Made by a program: the position numbers and the translations under genes. A model generated the notes under the pieces. That model saw only the letters and a program-made list of their open reading frames with translations, made no database searches and was not told the DNA's origin. Positions 59,086-64,000 of a stretch of 64,000 nucleotides of DNA are shown here, piece after piece (position 1 is the first letter of the stretch; each line of letters starts with the position of its first letter). Origin of the DNA: Syntrophales bacterium (GTDB taxonomy: Bacteria; Desulfobacterota; Syntrophia; Syntrophales; PHBD01). Location of the stretch: assembly GCA_963668175.1 (NCBI GenBank), contig OY764159.1:2272001-2336000 (forward strand), read 5' to 3'.

Positions 59086-60246
59086 TCAGCCGGGCGCGAC
59101 CGTACCCTTCGATTCGAGATAGCTCTGCGCGTCGCTGTAGGCCTTGAAGTCGGGCAGTTCCATGTCCTCCACCTTGCGCATGCCGGCGAGGAAGGTGATC
59201 TTCACCCCTTTGAGGGGCACGCCGCACTTGTTGAGGACGGCGAGGGCGTTTAAGAGATGATCCTTCCCGGGCCGGTAATGGCCGCTTGCGTTGTCGATGC
59301 CGGTGAGCTTGCCCGCGGCGACGTCGATGGCGCCGGCGAAGGTCACCGCCACACCGTTCATAATGGACGAGTGGTGGAAAAGGAGGCCGTCGGGCTGTTC
59401 CCCCATGCTGCAATAGAGGTTGGCCTTGTCGTCGATGATGAAGATGTAGCCCGTGCCGCCCGTGTCGAGGAGGACCAGGTCCGTTGTCGCCGTCGAGACG
59501 GCGCTCGTGCGGCGGTACATCAGGCCGCCCTGGACGACGATCTGGTAGCGCCAGCGGTTCTCCGGCTTGACGTACTTGACCTTCGAGTCGAGTTCCGGGT
59601 GGTTGCGGGCGAAATTGAAGGCGAACTTCTCGCCGCTTCTGCCGAAGGCATTGCCGAAATCCGCGCCCTGGATGTGCTCCGGGTTCGACCCGCCGATGTT
59701 CGTTTCGAGCCAGTAGTGCGAGTCGAGCGCTTTCTTGTCCTTGCCGACGCCCAGGTGCTTCATGGCGTCGCGCGCCATCTGCCAGCGCAGCTTCGCCGCC
59801 GTCGAGCCGATGATTTCGCTTTGCTTGGGCGGCTTTCCGCCCCTGGCGGGCGGGCCGGTGAACTTGAGGTCGAGCCCGAGCGAGTCGGCGTTCTGCTGGG
59901 CGTTCATTGCCAGGTTCGCCACGTACTTGCGCCGGTTGCTCGAATCGGTCTGGGCCTTGTGCTCCATCCAGACCATGGCCGCCTTGGCGATGCCCAGAAG
60001 GAGCAGCGCGGTGATCCGCGCCCGCGTCTTCTTGGCTTCCGTCGATTCCTTCGAGTCGTCGAAGGGTGTGGCCTCCGACTTGTCGAACTCTTCGAGGGCA
60101 CGGTCGATGGAAAGAAGATCGGGGTTCTTGCGGGAGTGGGTGAAGATGCCGAGCGTCTTGATGGTGGTCAGGCTCTGCCACTCCCTGACGGTGGGAATGC
60201 CTTCGAAATGATCGCGAAGCTGTCGATAGGGGAAATGGCGCGGCAT
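59086..60246 (-). CDS. hypothetical effector-like protein (N-terminal helical bundle plus HHSS...AG...SGHYxP domain)
   Basis: 386-aa ORF with own TTGACA-N17-TATGTT promoter and GAAGGA SD; FHHSS...V.FAG...G.L..IDN.SGHYRP. Confidence 0.75.
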   Translation of the reverse strand: MPRHFPYRQLRDHFEGIPTVREWQSLTTIKTLGIFTHSRKNPDLLSIDRALEEFDKSEATPFDDSKESTEAKKTRARITALLLLGIAKAAMVWMEHKAQTDSSNRRKYVANLAMNAQQNADSLGLDLKFTGPPARGGKPPKQSEIIGSTAAKLRWQMARDAMKHLGVGKDKKALDSHYWLETNIGGSNPEHIQGADFGNAFGRSGEKFAFNFARNHPELDSKVKYVKPENRWRYQIVVQGGLMYRRTSAVSTATTDLVLLDTGGTGYIFIIDDKANLYCSMGEQPDGLLFHHSSIMNGVAVTFAGAIDVAAGKLTGIDNASGHYRPGKDHLLNALAVLNKCGVPLKGVKITFLAGMRKVEDMELPDFKAYSDAQSYLESKGTVAPG

Positions 60247-60447
60247 ATGTAATTCCTTCTAAAAGTAGATGATCTGAACGACAATATAAGACTTTGCATA
60301 ACATAATCGAAAGGACTCGGCCTGTCAACGAGAAAAGGCGAAGAGGAGCCTCAAGTGCAAAAGACAGCATATGCGGAATATGAGCGTGACGTCCAAAGGT
60401 TGCAGCTCGATATTTCCCCTACGCCAAGCCGGCGGCAGCTTGAAAAG

Positions 60448-60656
60448 CGTAAGAATATTTTACATATCTTCTACTCCAACGGCTAGGCGCCAAGGATATC
60501 AGATTTTTACATAAATTGTCTAACAATGACCTGCAACTGTGCCCAAAGCAGTGATTTGGTGTCGGATATCTTTACAATATATTGCCTTCGGAAAGATCGC
60601 TCCAGCTATAATATCATAATAAATCAATGGCTTATGCTGGTGGCATGCGTCTTGCT
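60448..60656 (+). promoter_or_regulatory. paired boxes, IHF site and sigma54 promoter of PEP-CTERM gene 3
   Basis: CGTAAGAATATTTTACA (60448-60464), TGTCGGATATCTTTACA (60560-60576), AATCAATGGCTTA IHF consensus (60622-60634), TGGCATGCGTCTTGCT (60641-60656). Confidence 0.8.
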
Positions 60657-60722
60657 CATTATACGGCGAAAATCGGGTCCCGATCCGGAGCGGACATGCG
60701 GACGGGAGAAGGGAGATATACC

Positions 60723-61361
60723 TTGAAGAAATTGCAATATCTGTTGATCGTATTCGTGTTCGTGTTCGGTCTCTCCGGCGTGGCATCGGCCGCTACTATT
60801 AATTACTCTTTCGGCGTCGACGGCAACAATTACACATCGGCCTATAGCGGCGTGACCGTCGAGACCTTCGAAGGCAGTCTTCTGTGGGGCTGGTCGGGCA
60901 ACGGGGCCGTCGTGACCGGCAGTACGTCGACCTACTCCGCCCCGTTCGGCGTCAGCGCGAAGGATGCGACGCATTATCTGACCGTTCCGTATACGAGCGG
61001 TTCGGGAAGCTACACGGCATCGCTCGGCGCGACTTACAATTACCTCGGCATCTGGTGGGGTTCCGTCGATACGTACAATACGATCAGTTTCTATAAGAAC
61101 GGTCTTCAGGTTGCGTCCTACACGGGTTCGGACATCGCGGCAAGCGCCGACGGCGACCAGACGTCCCACCTGACGAACCTTTACGTCAACTTCCTCGGTC
61201 TGCCCGATTTCGACAGTTTCAAACTGACGAGCACGAGCTACGCTTTCGAGGTCGACAACATCGCCGTCGGGAACGTCGCCGTTCCCGAACCGTCAACGAT
61301 GATGCTTCTGGGCCTGGGTCTGGCGGGGGCGGCTGCGGCACGAAGAAGATTCAGAAAATAA
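60723..61361 (+). CDS. PEP-CTERM sorting domain protein 3
   Basis: TTG start after GAAGGGAG; signal peptide ending ASA; WGSVD.YN.I.F and FEVDN motifs; VPEPSTMMLLGLGLAGAAAARRRFRK. Confidence 0.92.
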   Translation: MKKLQYLLIVFVFVFGLSGVASAATINYSFGVDGNNYTSAYSGVTVETFEGSLLWGWSGNGAVVTGSTSTYSAPFGVSAKDATHYLTVPYTSGSGSYTASLGATYNYLGIWWGSVDTYNTISFYKNGLQVASYTGSDIAASADGDQTSHLTNLYVNFLGLPDFDSFKLTSTSYAFEVDNIAVGNVAVPEPSTMMLLGLGLAGAAAARRRFRK

Positions 61362-61390
61362 TTTCTCCTTTATTTCTTTCATATACAGAG

Positions 61391-61429
61391 AAGGCAGGGT
61401 TATGAAACGCCCCTGCCTTTTTTGTTTTT
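61391..61429 (+). terminator. intrinsic terminator
   Basis: AAGGCAGGG...CCCTGCCTT followed by a T tract. Confidence 0.75.
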
Positions 61430-61689
61430 GATGCCGTTCCCGGAAGGCCTGTTCAGGATGAGATGGGGAAGAGGCGTGCCATCCGGATACGCCGCAGGTC
61501 TTTGGGACACAGCGGGAATACCCGCGGGCGGAACGGCGCATCGGGACGTCGCCGTGAATCCCTCGCGGAAGACGACACCGCCGCGACGGCTTCCCTGTCC
61601 GCGGGCGTTTCGTATCGTACGATCATATCGAACTTGCTTTCGCGACTGCATGCGGTATGCGCCGCTCGCGGCCTTCTATGCGATGTTGC

Positions 61690-64000
61690 TCACTTCCTGT
61701 CCAGTTCCTGCCGGACGGCCAGGCCCAGCCTTTCCAGGATGTAGGGCTTCTTGACGTAGGCGCCGGCGCCCATGGCCTGGGCGGCGTGCACGCGTTCCGT
61801 CTCCGAAAAGCCGCTCACGATGACGGCCTTCTGCCCGGGGCGGAATTGCACGATGCTGCGATAGGTGTCCAGGCCGTCCATCCCCGGCTCCATGATCATA
61901 TCGAGCACCAGGATATCGACAGGATGTTCCCGGACGTAAGCCACCGCCTCTTCCCCGCTGGCGGCGCTCGCCACGACGTAATTCAGTTTCCCGAGCATCT
62001 TCGTCGCCATGGCGCGCTGGCCTTCGATGTCGTCCACCACGAGCACGGTTTCGCCCCGCCCCATGTAGTCGTCCGCGGCGACTGAGCCCCGTTCGGATGC
62101 CGGGGCTTCCCGGGTCACGGGGAAAAAGAGGGTGAAGGTGCTGCCCGCATTCACACGGCTTTCGACGTTGACATAGCCGTCGTGATCCTGCATCGTCCCC
62201 CAGACCACGGCGAGCCCCAGGCCCGTTCCGCTTCTCCCCATGACCTTTTTCGTATAGAAGGGCTCGAAGATGCGGGGGAGGTCGGCGTCGGAGATGCCCT
62301 GTCCCGTATCGGACACGGAAAGGACGACGTAGTCCCCTTCACGGATTTCGTCGTACCCCTTGACCGGCTTGTCCAGATACCGGTTCCGCGTCCGGATGAT
62401 CACCGTGCCGTTACCCGGCATGCTCTCGCAGGCATTGGCGACGAGGTTGTACAGGGACATGCTCACATGCGCCGCGGAGCCGGAGATATTCAGCAGGCGA
62501 GGCTCCAGCTCGGTCACGATCCGGATGCCGGAGCGGCCGGCGCTCAATTTTGCCGGGGCCGGCGATTTTTCAAATTCGGCGATCATGTCGTTCAGGTTCA
62601 GGACCTCCCGGGTGGAGACGCCTCTCCGGGCCAGGGTCAGCAGGTCCTGAACGATGGCCGCCGCCCGCTTGCCGTGATCCAGGATGTCGGTGAGGCCCGC
62701 TCTCATGGGGTCGGAACCGCTCACTTCGCAAAGGAGCAGCTCCGCAAAGCCGACAACGATGCCCAGCACGTTGTTGAGATCGTGGGCGACGCCGCCCGCC
62801 ATCGTCCCCAGGGCCTCCATTTTCTCCGCCCGCTGCAGGCGCTCCGTCAGGGCCTGCTTCTCTGCCTCGGCGCGCTTCCGTTCCGTGATGTTGTGGGCAA
62901 TGACGGTGGAAACGAAGTGTCCGTCCTGTCTCATGGAAAATCTGTTGTTAAGGTAAGCCCAGGTCAGGCCGCCGTCCTTGCGCCGGATCAGCACTTCCAC
63001 GTCGTTATCCACCGGTTCGCCCGCCAGGATGCGCAGAGCTCTTTCCACCATGGTGTCCCGGCTCTCTTCCGCGACGATATGGATGGGTTCCATCTCCAGG
63101 AGTTCTTCCCGGCTGTAGCCCGTGTAAAGACACATGGCGTCGTTGACGCTGAGGAACCGGCCCGCGGTGAAATCCACCTCGTAGATGCCCGCGGGGGCAT
63201 GCTTGACCAGGTACCGGTATTGTTCTTCGCTTCTCTTAAGCGCCTCCTCGGCGCGCTTCCGGGCCGTGATGTCGTGGATGATGACCGTGGAAACGACGTG
63301 CCCCTCCGGCGAGCGCGAGTAGCTGTTGTTGAGGAGGCACCAGATCAGCGTGCCGTCCTTGCGTTTCAGCTCGAATTCCACGCTCTCCGGCACCGCCTCG
63401 CCGGCCAGGATTTTCACGTGCCGCGCAAGGAAGCGTTGCAGGCTTTCCTCCGTGAGAATCTGCGTGGGATTCATCGTGAGGACTTCTTCCCGGCTGTACC
63501 CGCTGTAATCGCAGATGGCGTCGTTGCAATTCACGATCTTTCCCGTCGTGAAGTCGATCTCGTAGATGCCCGCCGGCGCATATTTGAAAAGGTCCCGGTA
63601 CTTTTCCTCGCTGGTCTTGAGCGCCTCCTCGGTCTGCTTCCGGTCGGAGATGTCGTGGGCGACGACGGTGACGACGGCATGCCCGTCTACCGTGCGGGTA
63701 TAGCTGCTGTTGATGTTGATGAGAACCCAGATGAGGCTGCCGTCCTTGCGGCGGATCTGCAACTCGCTGTTGGGCGAGATGGCCTCCCCGGCCATGAGGC
63801 GCATGCGCCTTTCGAGGAAGACTTTGAGCGTATCTTCCGTTATGATCTCCATGGCGTCGATCGCCAGCAATTCTTCACGCGTATAGCCGAGGTACAGGCA
63901 CATGACGTCGTTGACGGAGAGGAACCTGCGCGTGGTGAAGTCGATTTCATAGATGGCGGCGGGGGCTTCCATGACGAGCTGCCGGTATCGCTCCTCGCTG
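61690..64000 (-). CDS. multi-PAS hybrid sensor histidine kinase, 5' end outside window
   Basis: At least three similar PAS units (AP..IYE.DFT), AHDLNN, GTGLGL, REC domain; frame stays open to the window edge. Confidence 0.93.
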   Translation of the reverse strand, partial: SEERYRQLVMEAPAAIYEIDFTTRRFLSVNDVMCLYLGYTREELLAIDAMEIITEDTLKVFLERRMRLMAGEAISPNSELQIRRKDGSLIWVLININSSYTRTVDGHAVVTVVAHDISDRKQTEEALKTSEEKYRDLFKYAPAGIYEIDFTTGKIVNCNDAICDYSGYSREEVLTMNPTQILTEESLQRFLARHVKILAGEAVPESVEFELKRKDGTLIWCLLNNSYSRSPEGHVVSTVIIHDITARKRAEEALKRSEEQYRYLVKHAPAGIYEVDFTAGRFLSVNDAMCLYTGYSREELLEMEPIHIVAEESRDTMVERALRILAGEPVDNDVEVLIRRKDGGLTWAYLNNRFSMRQDGHFVSTVIAHNITERKRAEAEKQALTERLQRAEKMEALGTMAGGVAHDLNNVLGIVVGFAELLLCEVSGSDPMRAGLTDILDHGKRAAAIVQDLLTLARRGVSTREVLNLNDMIAEFEKSPAPAKLSAGRSGIRIVTELEPRLLNISGSAAHVSMSLYNLVANACESMPGNGTVIIRTRNRYLDKPVKGYDEIREGDYVVLSVSDTGQGISDADLPRIFEPFYTKKVMGRSGTGLGLAVVWGTMQDHDGYVNVESRVNAGSTFTLFFPVTREAPASERGSVAADDYMGRGETVLVVDDIEGQRAMATKMLGKLNYVVASAASGEEAVAYVREHPVDILVLDMIMEPGMDGLDTYRSIVQFRPGQKAVIVSGFSETERVHAAQAMGAGAYVKKPYILERLGLAVRQELDRK

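Overview
GC-rich bacterial accessory region. Gene content (Geobacter/Syntrophus-type PilA, PEP-CTERM proteins, PAS-rich hybrid kinases, DUF3795-like proteins) suggests an anaerobic Desulfobacterota/Syntrophales-type organism; this is an inference. There are about 50 CDS, mostly on the minus strand, and I saw no rRNA, tRNA, CRISPR array, integrase or transposase. Main observations: (1) two orphan effector-like proteins about 30 kb apart (28124-30136 and 59086-60246) share a four-helix membrane-localisation-like module fused to different putative catalytic domains; (2) three dispersed PEP-CTERM genes are each preceded by a pair of 17-bp YGT-N8-TTTACA boxes, two of them with a clear sigma54 promoter; (3) an aromatic-rich 111-aa type IV pilin with a sigma54 promoter (e-pilin candidate); (4) a Tat-signal tautomerase whose catalytic Pro is not N-terminal; (5) two AT-richer islets with type II TA modules, one bracketed by a duplicated 77-aa ORF next to an attC-like cassette remnant, the other next to a serine dehydratase fragment; (6) a secreted WD40-caspase and a secreted protein with three 6-Cys repeats. 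All family calls come from motif recognition by eye, not from database searches.
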